Below are positions 1 through 9,231 of a stretch of DNA of 64,000 bases, piece after piece. Made by a program: the position numbers and the translations under genes. The stretch is from Candidatus Omnitrophota bacterium. Its GTDB lineage: Bacteria; Omnitrophota; Gorgyraeia; Zapsychrales; Fredricksoniimonadaceae. The notes below the pieces were generated by a model. That model saw nothing but the letters and a program-made list of their open reading frames with translations. It did no database searches and was not told the origin of the DNA. The number at the start of each line of letters is the position of its first letter. The first letter of the stretch is position 1. The stretch covers positions 6,433 to 70,432 of the forward strand of contig CAJARJ010000015.1 in NCBI GenBank assembly GCA_903944345.1, read 5' to 3'.

Positions 1-3000
1 TGACTGAGGCCTCCGCCGTGCTCAATGCACAAGGCAACAGTGTCAGCGGTATCGTCCGCGAGTTTTGCTGCTCCGCTCACATAAATATACGCCCCCTGCT
101 CCAGCCAAGCGTAGATATCTTTGGCTTGCTCCTGGATCCGGTGCGTCACATAGACCTTGCGGGCCTGATCCCTGGAAAAGGCTGTGCTAAGACGAGACAA
201 TATCCCGTTCTTAAGATACGCTTCCCATTCTTCCTGGTACAGAAAATCTGTCGCCGCATAAGGATTGCCGAAGAAGAGCCAATTCCGGCCGGAATGTCCC
301 TGGGCTGCCCGCTCCTGGACAAAGGCGCGGAAGGGAGCAACACCCGTCCCGGCGCTGACCATAATGACAGGCGCACTCCTGTCCACCGGCAGCCGGAAAT
401 TCTCATTCGGCCGTATGAAGATCGGGACCTTTTCACCGGTCTGGACCCTATCCGTCAAGAACGTTGAGGCCAGTCCTTCTTTATCACGCCCCGCGGTCCG
501 GTAACGCACCGCTTTAACAAGGATCTCTAGATGATCAGGATCTGCGCTTTGCGAAGAAGCGATCGAATAAAGCCTGGGCGGAATAGGCCTCAGGACTTCC
601 CGCAGATCGTCAGCCCGGTACTGCACAGGAAAATGCATCAGAATATCAATAAAATCCCTGCCCCGCAGGAACTCTTTCAGCCGCAGAGAGTCGGCGAGAA
701 TCTCGCTCAGCATCCGGCTTTGGGCAAACCTGTTGTGACTCTCCAGAACCGGGGGGATCAATACGGTTAATTCCATGCCCTTAAGGAACTCAGCCAGGCT
801 TCCTCCGTCGGACATTGTGGTCAGCGCGGATAATTGCAATTGCGAAAGCAATTCATCGACCAGTTGCGGCGAATTCTGTGACACCACCCCGCAGGAATCT
901 CCGGGCAGATAAGTGATTCCCGAGCCCTTGATCTCAAACTGAATATGATAAGTCTCTTTCAGGGAATGGCCCTTATGCAGGTCCTGCTTCGACAGGATTA
1001 CCGCAGGAAACGGATTCTTCGCGGAGTATCCGGAACTTCCGACGCCATCCGCAGCAGGTAAAACAGCGAAAAAATCCTCTTTGAGCCCGGCAGCATTAGC
1101 CGGCAACAAAGTCCCAAGCGCGCCCTTCAGCCAAAGCCCAGCGCTTTCCGAGAGATCAACGTCACAATCGACGCGTTTGAAAATGCGGTGTCCGCCAAGT
1201 TTCTCCAACTGGACATCCAGATCCCTGCCCGCCGAGCAGAAATGGACATAACTCCTGTCCCCCAAAGCCAGGACCGAAAAAGAGACTCCGGATAGATCAG
1301 GGGGCTGGCGGCTGTACAGGTACTCAAAAAGATCTTCCGCGGCCGCCGGCGCCTCCCCTTCTCCATAAGTGCTGATGATGGCCAGGATCACCTTCTCCTC
1401 TGGCAGATCATGCAAATCATAGGCCGCCATATCACAGCGCTTGACCTTAAAGCCTAGCCTCTGGGCATAAACCTCGGCTTTCCTGGCAAAACTTTTACCG
1501 TTCCCGGAATGCGATGCCACCAAGAGTGTCAACTCAACACCGTTCGGCACAACATCGCCGACAGCAACCGCAGTCGGCATGTCGATGTCCTTTTTCCGGG
1601 GCAGTGCTTTAGCCTCGCGCACCAGAGCCGGCATGGAGTGCGTGTTGGCCTCCACTCCAGCGAGACGTTGGCGGCATTGGTCAAGCTGATCAAGCATACG
1701 CGCTTTGGCCGCGGCTGTCTCCTCTTGGATCAAGGGGATGAGCGCCTGATAATAGTCAATGCCCAGCGATAAATTCGTATGGAATTCTTCGAAGTCGCTG
1801 TCTTTCTTATCGCCTGTCCCTGTGCGTCGGTCCTGGACCATCTGGTCAAGAAAATCGATATTCAACATTAGCTCTTTGATGAACATATGGGGACGGTCGG
1901 GATGATTCATTAAGCTCATCCGCCCGTAGATATGGTCGACCATTTCTCGTAAAGATGCCACACGGTCAAAATAGGCGATGTTGGGACCCGGACATACCGC
2001 CGGAAAAACCCCCGCATCCTTCTTGGGGATGCCGCGCAGCGCATACACCGTGTCGCCCAGTTCATTGCAGATGCAGGCCTTGGCCGTGATCCGCTTGAAA
2101 CGCAGTTGATATTCGGATTCGGACAGATCCAGCCGTTTCAATTCAGCGATCTTGAGGGTCTGATACTGGCGCGAGGCCGTACACAGCGGTTGCTCGGTGA
2201 ATTCCGTGTTGCTGACGAGATGGCCCAAAGGGCACGGACTTCCCGGCTTTCCATCGTCGATAAGCTGGCGTTTGTGCTCTTCGCTAGGGGAATCCTTCAG
2301 GGTATAGAACGGTACGCCTACCGGCGAGACATCGCTCAAATACAGGTCATCTTCCCGGGCCCGCGCCAGCTTGTCCAGAAGATGCGGCTCAACCGGCGTG
2401 ACTTCCGGGACCAGCAAGAACGGACTGCCCCATCCCGTGGAGTCCAGTCCATAATTTCGTCGAATAAAAACATCTTCCTGCGAGGTCCCGATGCCTCCCT
2501 GGGCCGTCACCCGAAAGGCCGGCCACGCATCAGGTACGGGCCTGTTCTGCTGCTTGAGGGCTTCACTGCAGATCTGCGTCAATTCGGCGGTCAGATGCTC
2601 CCGCCGGGCCTTGAGCTCAGCCAGGACCGGCCCTATCAGAAACCCGTTGCCCGCAAACGCGTGTCCCCCGCAATTCAACCCCGATTCGATGCGGTACTCC
2701 GAGACCCAAAGCCCCTTTTTGGCAAAGAACTTGCCCTGGACCACAGCTGAACGGTAATCGCTGACCTTAAGGATGATCTCTTTCTTAACCCGTCCGGTCC
2801 GATCCATAAAGAAATCATCAAACTCCGTTGAATACGAATACAGCCGGCGGTTGAGACCGGCAGAAAAAACAATACTCGATTGCGTTGTGCTTCCCAACCG
2901 GCTTTGGGCATATCCGCGCAGAGCCGCCAACGCATCCGAATAGATCTCGGCCATAGGCTCTCCGGACTTATCAAAATTGGTGCGGTCAAGCTTGGTCATG

Positions 3001-3440
3001 ATGTTGACATTGATCGACCCGGGCAGGATGCTCTCGCGCAGTTCATCCTCAAAGCGCTGCCTTACCTCTCCCCCTGACGTCAGCATCCGGTCATAGATAA
3101 CCCTGAGGGGCGAACGATCAGAAAGTAGCTCGAAATATCGAGTGATCTCAGTACCCGGCGAAAAAGAAGACCCCTTGAGATCATCAAACTGCTGTCTGAC
3201 GATCTCATCAATCAAGTCGAGATATGCCGTTATCCGGCAGGCGCGCCAATCGTCATCATATTTACGGATCGGGCGATATTCTTTATTGTATTGCGCGCTA
3301 TAAACCCGGCGCAGTTCCTCCAGCAACTGATCGTCAACCAGGGAAATGACAGATGAAATACCGTAACGGGCCACGCGCAGCGGCGTGTCCGAGGTAAATC
3401 CGGTACCCATGACCGGAACATGGAATGTATGTATGCCCAT
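1..3440 (-). CDS. Large multidomain flavoprotein, at least 1146 aa, C-terminus beyond the window edge (missing from the ORF track because no stop lies in the window). N-terminal ~560-aa domain, possibly an FMN TIM-barrel (NPD/FabK-like), fused to a complete CysJ/CPR-like diflavin reductase (flavodoxin plus FAD/NADPH-binding FNR).
   Basis: My own translation of the minus strand from the ATG at 3440 (in-frame TAG just upstream at 3471-3473) runs without a stop to position 1. The C-terminal part has a flavodoxin motif 'ISTYGEGEAP...LALGDRSYVHFC', an FAD motif 'RLYSIASS', and an NADPH motif 'PVIMVSAGTGVAPFRAFVQER...WLFFGNP', as in CysJ / cytochrome P450 reductase. The N-terminal part ('PVMGTGFTSDTPLRVARYGISS', 'NCGGHAF', 'VTAQGGIGTS') weakly resembles the GGMAW / EAGGH / AAGGIADG motifs of nitronate-monooxygenase / FabK TIM barrels. 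Confidence 0.7.
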   Translation of the reverse strand, partial: MGIHTFHVPVMGTGFTSDTPLRVARYGISSVISLVDDQLLEELRRVYSAQYNKEYRPIRKYDDDWRACRITAYLDLIDEIVRQQFDDLKGSSFSPGTEITRYFELLSDRSPLRVIYDRMLTSGGEVRQRFEDELRESILPGSINVNIMTKLDRTNFDKSGEPMAEIYSDALAALRGYAQSRLGSTTQSSIVFSAGLNRRLYSYSTEFDDFFMDRTGRVKKEIILKVSDYRSAVVQGKFFAKKGLWVSEYRIESGLNCGGHAFAGNGFLIGPVLAELKARREHLTAELTQICSEALKQQNRPVPDAWPAFRVTAQGGIGTSQEDVFIRRNYGLDSTGWGSPFLLVPEVTPVEPHLLDKLARAREDDLYLSDVSPVGVPFYTLKDSPSEEHKRQLIDDGKPGSPCPLGHLVSNTEFTEQPLCTASRQYQTLKIAELKRLDLSESEYQLRFKRITAKACICNELGDTVYALRGIPKKDAGVFPAVCPGPNIAYFDRVASLREMVDHIYGRMSLMNHPDRPHMFIKELMLNIDFLDQMVQDRRTGTGDKKDSDFEEFHTNLSLGIDYYQALIPLIQEETAAAKARMLDQLDQCRQRLAGVEANTHSMPALVREAKALPRKKDIDMPTAVAVGDVVPNGVELTLLVASHSGNGKSFARKAEVYAQRLGFKVKRCDMAAYDLHDLPEEKVILAIISTYGEGEAPAAAEDLFEYLYSRQPPDLSGVSFSVLALGDRSYVHFCSAGRDLDVQLEKLGGHRIFKRVDCDVDLSESAGLWLKGALGTLLPANAAGLKEDFFAVLPAADGVGSSGYSAKNPFPAVILSKQDLHKGHSLKETYHIQFEIKGSGITYLPGDSCGVVSQNSPQLVDELLSQLQLSALTTMSDGGSLAEFLKGMELTVLIPPVLESHNRFAQSRMLSEILADSLRLKEFLRGRDFIDILMHFPVQYRADDLREVLRPIPPRLYSIASSQSADPDHLEILVKAVRYRTAGRDKEGLASTFLTDRVQTGEKVPIFIRPNENFRLPVDRSAPVIMVSAGTGVAPFRAFVQERAAQGHSGRNWLFFGNPYAATDFLYQEEWEAYLKNGILSRLSTAFSRDQARKVYVTHRIQEQAKDIYAWLEQGAYIYVSGAAKLADDTADTVALCIEHGGGLS

Positions 3441-3672
3441 ATACCTGATACCATAATTTATTTTCGTGGACTATTGACCACGGTAACTATGCTGAAAGTA
3501 ACTGAGCAGAAACTGATTTATTGGTCGGGAACACCCCTACGAACTTACCTTTTATTTTGTCCCGAGATTTATCAACAGTTTACAAAAGGCGGAGTTTCGC
3601 TTGTTTGCCATTCTTTGCTAGTCATTAGGGGTGTTAGCACGGGATGCCGAGGGTTCTCATTGAGAACGCCAA

Positions 3673-5004
3673 TCAGGCAAGTTTCTTATCCAATGCAAGA
3701 TCAATAAACTTGTCGAGATGGTCCGCCAAAAACAACGGAACATTGAGAAGGTTGCCGTCCTTTTTAAGATTCTTTAGTGAAAATCTCACCCTTAAGGACG
3801 GCGCATATTTCTGATCATACAGGGTCAAACTCTTCCCGTGCACAGACTCATCCGATTTAACTTCTATGGGAATGATCTCATTGCCACGCTGAAGGGTAAA
3901 ATCAACTTCAGCGGTTGCTCCGGAAGACCAGTATCTTGGCAAACCTTCATACTGCACCACCAGACTTTGCAGCACGTAATTCTCGGAAAGAGCGCCTTTA
4001 AACTCTGCAAACAGGCGGTTTCCCTCATGGAACGACACCGGATCAAGGAGCGCAAGCCGTCGCAAAAGTCCGACATCAACCAGATACAGTTTAAATGCAC
4101 TCGGATCATCATAAGCGGACACCGGAAGCGCGGGTTTTGTATTCCGGTAGATCTTATATCCAAGCCCCGCATGACAAAGCCAGGTCATCGCATCTTCATA
4201 TTCCCTGGCCCTCGCCCCTTCCTTAACTGCCTTATAGACAAATTTCTTGTTCTCTTTTGAAAGCTGTGACGGAACAGAAGACCAGATCAGGCCCAGTTTG
4301 GCGATATCTTTTATTTCCGCGTGTTTTGAGAAATCAAGCTCATAAGCTTCCAATATATCCCGCAACACCTTTTGAACGCGGGCGGCATCCTTGTCTTGTG
4401 CCCAAGCCAGCACCGACTCCGGCATACCACCGGTAATAAAATACATCTTCAATCTTTCCTGCAACTGATTGTAAAAAAGATCCGAAATGGGATCCAGCGT
4501 GCCGATTTGATCAATAAACTGAACAAGTTTTTCTTCTCCCAACGACCACAAGAATTCCGTGAATGTCATGGGATACACCGTCAAAAATTCCACTTTCCCA
4601 ACGGGAAAAGAAGATGGTTTTGAAACCTTGATCCCCAACAGAGATCCCGCACAGGCAACATGATATTCCGGCGCATTCTCATAAAAATATTTGAGCGCAT
4701 TCAAAGCCGCGTTACATTCCTGAATCTCGTCAAAGATAATGAGCGTTTTCCCCGGGAGAATCGGAGCGCCATTAATCATGGCAAGACTCTCCAGAAGCCT
4801 TTTTATGTCCTTGGTCGTTTCAAAATATTGCTTTAACTCACCCTGTTCATCAAAATTAAAATACGCCGTATTTTCATAACATTGCCTGCCCAATTCCTTG
4901 AGCAACCATGTTTTTCCAACCTGCCGGGCTCCTTTCAATACAAGAGGCTTCCGCTGTTGGGAATTCTTCCATAAAATCAACTTATCAATAGCTAATCGCC
5001 GCAT
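3673..5004 (-). CDS. AAA+ superfamily ATPase (COG1373-type, N-terminal P-loop with a DUF4143-like C-terminal region)
   Basis: Walker A 'LKGARQVGKTWLL' and Walker B 'LIIFDEIQ'. Overall layout is typical of the widespread 'ATP-binding protein' family. Lower GC than the flanking core genes. Confidence 0.75.
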   Translation of the reverse strand: MRRLAIDKLILWKNSQQRKPLVLKGARQVGKTWLLKELGRQCYENTAYFNFDEQGELKQYFETTKDIKRLLESLAMINGAPILPGKTLIIFDEIQECNAALNALKYFYENAPEYHVACAGSLLGIKVSKPSSFPVGKVEFLTVYPMTFTEFLWSLGEEKLVQFIDQIGTLDPISDLFYNQLQERLKMYFITGGMPESVLAWAQDKDAARVQKVLRDILEAYELDFSKHAEIKDIAKLGLIWSSVPSQLSKENKKFVYKAVKEGARAREYEDAMTWLCHAGLGYKIYRNTKPALPVSAYDDPSAFKLYLVDVGLLRRLALLDPVSFHEGNRLFAEFKGALSENYVLQSLVVQYEGLPRYWSSGATAEVDFTLQRGNEIIPIEVKSDESVHGKSLTLYDQKYAPSLRVRFSLKNLKKDGNLLNVPLFLADHLDKFIDLALDKKLA

Positions 5005-5027
5005 AAATCACCTTATTCCTTAGAATT

Positions 5028-5043
5028 GTGTGATACAAATCAC
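5028..5043. promoter_or_regulatory. Perfect TGTGA-N6-TCACA palindrome (CRP/FNR/Rex-type operator geometry), 24-39 nt upstream of the AAA+ ATPase start codon
   Basis: Sequence tgtgatacaaatcaca at 5028-5043. Function is inferred from geometry only. Confidence 0.3.
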
Positions 5044-5094
5044 ATTAATCTAACGAAAGTATACACTGACGGTTTGTAAAAACAAGGATAATTC

Positions 5095-5862
5095 TTAAAC
5101 CGGCGGGTACTGTTTCGGAGCCTTGCCTTTACTCTGCAAAACAACCGGCAGTTTCTGTCCCGGCAAGATCGCCCGGACTTCTTTCAACTCAACGGAAAAC
5201 CGCCAGTCATCCCCATAGTCGAACATAAAGAACATCTTCTTACCCACAACCGGGAAAGCCGCAGAAATCAGCACATTCTTAACGCCCTTGGCATGCGGAG
5301 CGCTCGGGGCCTCGCCAATATCCACGAATAGCTCATAGATCTCGGCCTGCTTGGAAGTCGGGTGCGCGGCCGGATCCCCATAGAAAGCAAAACAATGGTC
5401 CAGCTTAAACCCGACCGACTTAATGATCGCCTCGGCCAAATGATAAAGACTCCGGAAACTCGATACCGCAACAGTCCGCACCACATCCACACCTTCGGGA
5501 GGATACTGAAGCATCCTGACCTCAAAAACAGACACCGCAAATTTTGGGGCATCCTTCTTGTCCATCACCGGCCGACCATGCTGGCGCACATGATCCCTTA
5601 ACCGGGAATACCGCTCCAGTCTCTCGCACAAGGCATGAAGCCGGGCTTCTTTCTTAGCGGACTTGGTGTGATTGGCTTCAAACGCTAAGGCACCCAGACA
5701 TTCTTCAAGATCCTCATAATCAAACCGGAGAAGCAAACCACCCTCCTCAGCCTTGGCCCTGTCGATCACCTCACAAAGCCCGGGCTCCAGATGCTGAACA
5801 CCCGCGATCAGTTTAAACTCATCAGGAGTAACCAAAAAGGAAATCGCGCTCCGTTTCATCAT
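5095..5862 (-). CDS. pRiA4b ORF-3-like family protein (PF07929-like)
   Basis: The C-terminal motif 'FMFDYGDDWRFSVEL' matches the hallmark Y-x-Y-D-F-G-D-x-W-x-H motif of plasmid pRiA4b ORF3-like proteins. Confidence 0.55.
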   Translation of the reverse strand: MMKRSAISFLVTPDEFKLIAGVQHLEPGLCEVIDRAKAEEGGLLLRFDYEDLEECLGALAFEANHTKSAKKEARLHALCERLERYSRLRDHVRQHGRPVMDKKDAPKFAVSVFEVRMLQYPPEGVDVVRTVAVSSFRSLYHLAEAIIKSVGFKLDHCFAFYGDPAAHPTSKQAEIYELFVDIGEAPSAPHAKGVKNVLISAAFPVVGKKMFFMFDYGDDWRFSVELKEVRAILPGQKLPVVLQSKGKAPKQYPPV

Positions 5863-5978
5863 TGCTCCGCCGTCTTAAACCAAAAGATATGCACAATCCT
5901 TACATTTTATGTAACATTCGTGCGCATTCACGCATGAAGACTAATGCATAATTATTACATAAATTTCTTTAATTCATG

Positions 5979-6458
5979 TCACAACTGAAAAATATGCCCA
6001 CACCGACCGCAGATCCAGCTTGATTTCCACTCATCAAAATCGCGCTGAAAAATTACGTCCGTCCTTGCCTTCCTGACTTTAGCCTCTTGCATATCTTTTA
6101 CCATTAACAAAACTAAAATTATCCCCAACAGTATTGCAACAGGAATATCTTTCATAAAGGAAACTATGACAAACGGAGAAATAGCACAAACCCATCGAAT
6201 CCATAAGGAATTATAGCGATACTTCTCATCCGTTATTTTTGGTGGTGCTATCCGCTGTGCCAAGACACTTTGGGCCACTCCTGAAGTCACAGCTGTTGAC
6301 CCATTAAGACCGGCCACCCCCTGCCGATCCACAGTGACCCCAGCGCCAATAGTCGTAAAATTAATCTGCCTTGTGTCTGCCTCATAATACAGGCTAAGCG
6401 CCTGAATATTCTCATTCTGGCATTGAGGGCATATATATTTTATTGATTCTGACTTCAC
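5979..6458 (-). CDS. Hypothetical membrane protein with two CxxC zinc-ribbon-like pairs
   Basis: N-terminal 'CPQCQ' and C-terminal 'CGRCGH', with two hydrophobic segments between them. AT-rich island context. No recognised family. Confidence 0.45.
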   Translation of the reverse strand: MKSESIKYICPQCQNENIQALSLYYEADTRQINFTTIGAGVTVDRQGVAGLNGSTAVTSGVAQSVLAQRIAPPKITDEKYRYNSLWIRWVCAISPFVIVSFMKDIPVAILLGIILVLLMVKDMQEAKVRKARTDVIFQRDFDEWKSSWICGRCGHIFQL

Positions 6459-6502
6459 AAATTCCCAGCTCTGTTATTTCTGCGAACCTCTACCGCAATC
6501 TC

Positions 6503-6814
6503 TCACAATATTCTTTTAGCGCGTTCTTCACGAATAAAATTAGACGACCGAGCTTCACTATTGGTTAAACAGCAAAAATCTGTCTGTAAATCATACCGAT
6601 TCTGCACAAGCGTACAAATCGCCGATCTCAGAGCCTTCAAATCTTCTAAAACAATTCTACTTGGATCATAAACAATCAACACATCTAGATCTCCGATGAA
6701 AGAGTTTTTTCTAGTGACCGAACCAAAAAGATACAATTGGTATCCTTCTTTCCAAGAAATAACCGTTTTAGCGATCTTCTGGAAGTCTATAATCGAGAAA
6801 CTTCTTCCCATCAT
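6503..6814 (-). CDS. Minimal nucleotidyltransferase (MNT / Pol-beta superfamily), MntA/AbiEii-like
   Basis: Motif 'LFGSVTRKNSFIGDLDVLIVYD' fits GS-x(9-10)-D-x-D. Small size (103 aa) is typical of toxin-antitoxin / defence nucleotidyltransferases. Confidence 0.7.
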   Translation of the reverse strand: MMGRSFSIIDFQKIAKTVISWKEGYQLYLFGSVTRKNSFIGDLDVLIVYDPSRIVLEDLKALRSAICTLVQNRYDLQTDFCCLTNSEARSSNFIREERAKRIL

Positions 6815-7151
6815 AATTTACTGCTCCTAAAAATTCTCTAAATGAAAATATTCCCACACCATTTTCTTTACCATGCACCTTAACTTCTGGAGTGTACGAA
6901 TTCCACGCACTCATTGAGATGATAGCTCTAATATCAGGAGCATCTGCAACAGCCTCTTCATAATCTGAGACCGAGAATATATAAATATTAGTCGTGTGCG
7001 CTACTAAATCAGACAATGAACCTCTTTTAATAAGAAGATTTTGCGAACCATTTCTTATAATAGTTAATGATCGCGACTCCAAAGATCTAATAAGCTGCGA
7101 AACGCTCTCGGGCCTTGGAATCTTCTTGTACCTTGGGCTAGCATCAGGCAT
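6768..7151 (-). CDS. Hypothetical protein (127 aa), overlaps the MNT gene start and lies directly downstream of the HNH gene
   Basis: Only plausible coding frame between the HNH and MNT genes. No Rx4-6H HEPN motif found. Start codon uncertain. Confidence 0.4.
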   Translation of the reverse strand: MPDASPRYKKIPRPESVSQLIRSLESRSLTIIRNGSQNLLIKRGSLSDLVAHTTNIYIFSVSDYEEAVADAPDIRAIISMSAWNSYTPEVKVHGKENGVGIFSFREFLGAVNYDGKKFLDYRLPEDR

Positions 7152-7162
7152 GCCAGATTTTC

Positions 7163-7870
7163 CTATCGTAGAAATACCTTGTTAATTTGGGATGGAAACA
7201 AAGGAGCAGAAGAATCTTTATCTCCTGAAATATGGTTAAATTCAAAAGCAAAAACATGAAGCCTCAATTGCTCGATAATTAATACATGTCTCTTAACCAA
7301 GTGTCTATTGCCATCGAGAAGGGCCAGCAACCTCCTATTGTTAGGAATAATCTCACTAAGGACCATACGCCGCCAAGTTCTTGCCGCATCAGAAAGTAAC
7401 TTAGTTGCGCTATTTGAACATGGGCCATACTCATCATAAATTGCTTTATTACGATGCAAAAGCAGGGATACCTCATTCTTAAGCAAATTAAAACCCTTAA
7501 AGCGTGGCACATGAAACATGCCTTGAATCTTTTCCAAATGCGTTCGTTTCCATTCCGAAAGAAGTTTCTTCGTGTAAACCTCTTCTTGAGCGTCAACAAT
7601 TTTATGGCAAACCGGACACAGCATCACAATGTTATTAGGAGAATGAACGGCCGCACCATCATTGCCTCGACGCCCTTTACATCTAGGTCCACCCTTTGAT
7701 TGTGGAAGTATATGAGCAAATTCTTCAATAAATACGCGCTTCCCATTTAAAGCAACCTTCATCAGCGACTGGTTGCATGCAGGATTCTGGCAAAAACCTC
7801 CTGTAGACATCCAAAGCTCTCGCTTGACATCCATGCTTATGGAATATTTCTTATTCTTACATGACCTCAT
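7163..7870 (-). CDS. HNH endonuclease with a ~120-aa C-terminal extension
   Basis: 'HILPQSKGGP...NNIVMLCPVCHKIVD' is an HNH/His-Me finger. A GAGGT Shine-Dalgarno sits 9 nt upstream of the ATG. Confidence 0.7.
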   Translation of the reverse strand: MRSCKNKKYSISMDVKRELWMSTGGFCQNPACNQSLMKVALNGKRVFIEEFAHILPQSKGGPRCKGRRGNDGAAVHSPNNIVMLCPVCHKIVDAQEEVYTKKLLSEWKRTHLEKIQGMFHVPRFKGFNLLKNEVSLLLHRNKAIYDEYGPCSNSATKLLSDAARTWRRMVLSEIIPNNRRLLALLDGNRHLVKRHVLIIEQLRLHVFAFEFNHISGDKDSSAPLFPSQINKVFLR

Positions 7871-7885
7871 GCTTTATACCTCACG

Positions 7886-8108
7886 TCACGACAAGGCAAA
7901 GATCGACTCGGCGCCGAACCAATTTGACAATGTATTTAACGCCCGAACGGAAAGCTTCTGAGTAAAAAGCAATGCTAAACGCTTCTTAGGGCGTGAACAA
8001 GTAACATAGAATAAGTTCCGATTACGCTCAAACATCTCTTGTTTATTAGCCGGAATTCGTCGATCATCCGCCGCTAACTCAAGGTACTCATTAAAATTAT
8101 AGTTACCC
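7886..8108 (-). pseudogene. C-terminal remnant (~74 codons) of an SF1 (UvrD/DNA2-like) helicase, truncated by the IS3-family insertion
   Basis: Open frame abutting the IS end encodes '...NRNLFYVTCSRPKKRLALLF...', matching helicase motif VI (YVAxTRAKxxLxL) near the extreme C-terminus. It stops 16 nt before the HNH start, an operon-like spacing. No N-terminal part exists on the other side of the IS. Confidence 0.5.
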
Positions 8109-8113
8109 GGACC

Positions 8114-8941
8114 TTACCCCGTTGACTGTACCAACTCAAGTTGGAGTTTTTCCTGTTCCTTTTCAAAGAATTCACTAGGCGTAAGATCATCCAGTGAGCT
8201 GTGAGGACGCTCAGTATTATAGCCTACTCGCCAGCCCTCTATGATGTTCCGGGCTTCCTGAAGGCTCATAAACCAGTTATCATTTAGGCATTCGTCCCGA
8301 AGCCGTCCGTTAAAACTTTCAATGAATCGGTTATCTACCGGCTTGCCTGGCCTCGAGAAGCGAAGTTGAACGCCTCGTTCATACGCCCAGGCATCCAATG
8401 CCTTGCCGATAAACTCAGGGCCATTATCGACTTTGATAATATTCGGCAATCCTCGCACCATAGCGATCCGGCTTAGGACATTCGTTACGCGAACACCATT
8501 GATCGACGTATCAACTTCTATGGCCAGACATTCCCTCGTGTATTCATCGATCAACGTCAATAACCTAATCTTGCGGCCATTAGACAGAGCATCTGATACA
8601 AAGTCCATGGCCCAGCGTTCGTTCTGCTTGGTTGCAGGCGGCAATGGATTGCGCACAACAGCCGCAAACTTCCTGCGACGACGAATCCTTAAAGACAACC
8701 CTTCCGCCCGATAAAGACGCTCAGTCCGTTTATGGTTCACAATGCACCCTTCACGCCTGATCAGAACATGTAAACGAATATGCCCATAGCGCCGATGCTT
8801 CTCAGCCAGTTCTTTTAATCGCTTGCGCAGACGCTCATTAAGTTCACTGAGCTTTGGCTGATAATGCATAACCGTCCGCGACACATCGACCAGATCGCAG
8901 GCCCGCCGCTGGGACAAGCCGTGTTCGCTGATCATGTGCAA
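8114..8941 (-). CDS. IS3-family transposase OrfB (DDE integrase catalytic core), expressed as an OrfAB fusion by -1 frameshift
   Basis: rve-like core with D...D...E spacing ('WAMDFVSD', 'DNGPEF', 'ESFNGRLRDE'). Confidence 0.85.
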   Translation of the reverse strand: MHMISEHGLSQRRACDLVDVSRTVMHYQPKLSELNERLRKRLKELAEKHRRYGHIRLHVLIRREGCIVNHKRTERLYRAEGLSLRIRRRRKFAAVVRNPLPPATKQNERWAMDFVSDALSNGRKIRLLTLIDEYTRECLAIEVDTSINGVRVTNVLSRIAMVRGLPNIIKVDNGPEFIGKALDAWAYERGVQLRFSRPGKPVDNRFIESFNGRLRDECLNDNWFMSLQEARNIIEGWRVGYNTERPHSSLDDLTPSEFFEKEQEKLQLELVQSTG

Positions 8942-8967
8942 CGCGGCTTGCTTCTTTACTTTGGGCC

Positions 8968-9231
8968 TTAGAATTTTTTTGAGAGAACATCCTTTAGGGC
9001 CCGATTGTCCAGCGATAGATCGGCCACCATCTGCTTCAATCTTGTGTTCTCTGCCTCAAGAGCCTTCAGCTTTCGCAGATCTGAGACCTCCATCCCGGAA
9101 TACTTGGCCTTCCACTTGTAAAACGTGGCATCCGAGATCCCATGTTGCCGGCAAAGTTCTCCTGTCTTGGCTCCTGCTTCGGACTCCTTGAGCACTGCGA
9201 TGATCTGTTCTTCGGTGTATCTTTTTGCCAT
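8968..9231 (-). CDS. IS3-family transposase OrfA (HTH plus leucine zipper)
   Basis: 'MAKRYTEEQIIAVLKE...ELCRQHGISDATFYKWKAKY' is a classic IS3/IS911 OrfA. Confidence 0.85.
   Translation of the reverse strand: MAKRYTEEQIIAVLKESEAGAKTGELCRQHGISDATFYKWKAKYSGMEVSDLRKLKALEAENTRLKQMVADLSLDNRALKDVLSKKF

Noticed and set aside
2106-2750. 214-aa plus-strand ORF and other short ORFs listed in 1-3454
   Set aside because: The whole interval is covered by one continuous minus-strand reading frame (the flavoprotein gene) that I verified by translation at three separate places in the same frame.
3230-3454. 74-aa minus-strand ORF starting at 3454
   Set aside because: It is in a different frame from the long flavoprotein ORF, whose ATG at 3440 is preceded by an in-frame stop. 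The 74-aa ORF is an out-of-frame overlap.
7886-8116. Possibility that the helicase-like frame is a read-through extension of IS orfB (it is in the same frame, separated only by the TAA at 8114-8116)
   Set aside because: The downstream peptide carries SF1-helicase motif VI and ends 16 nt before the HNH start, as an independent gene would. The shared frame is most likely coincidence (1 in 3), and the IS inverted repeat appears to end at about 8109.
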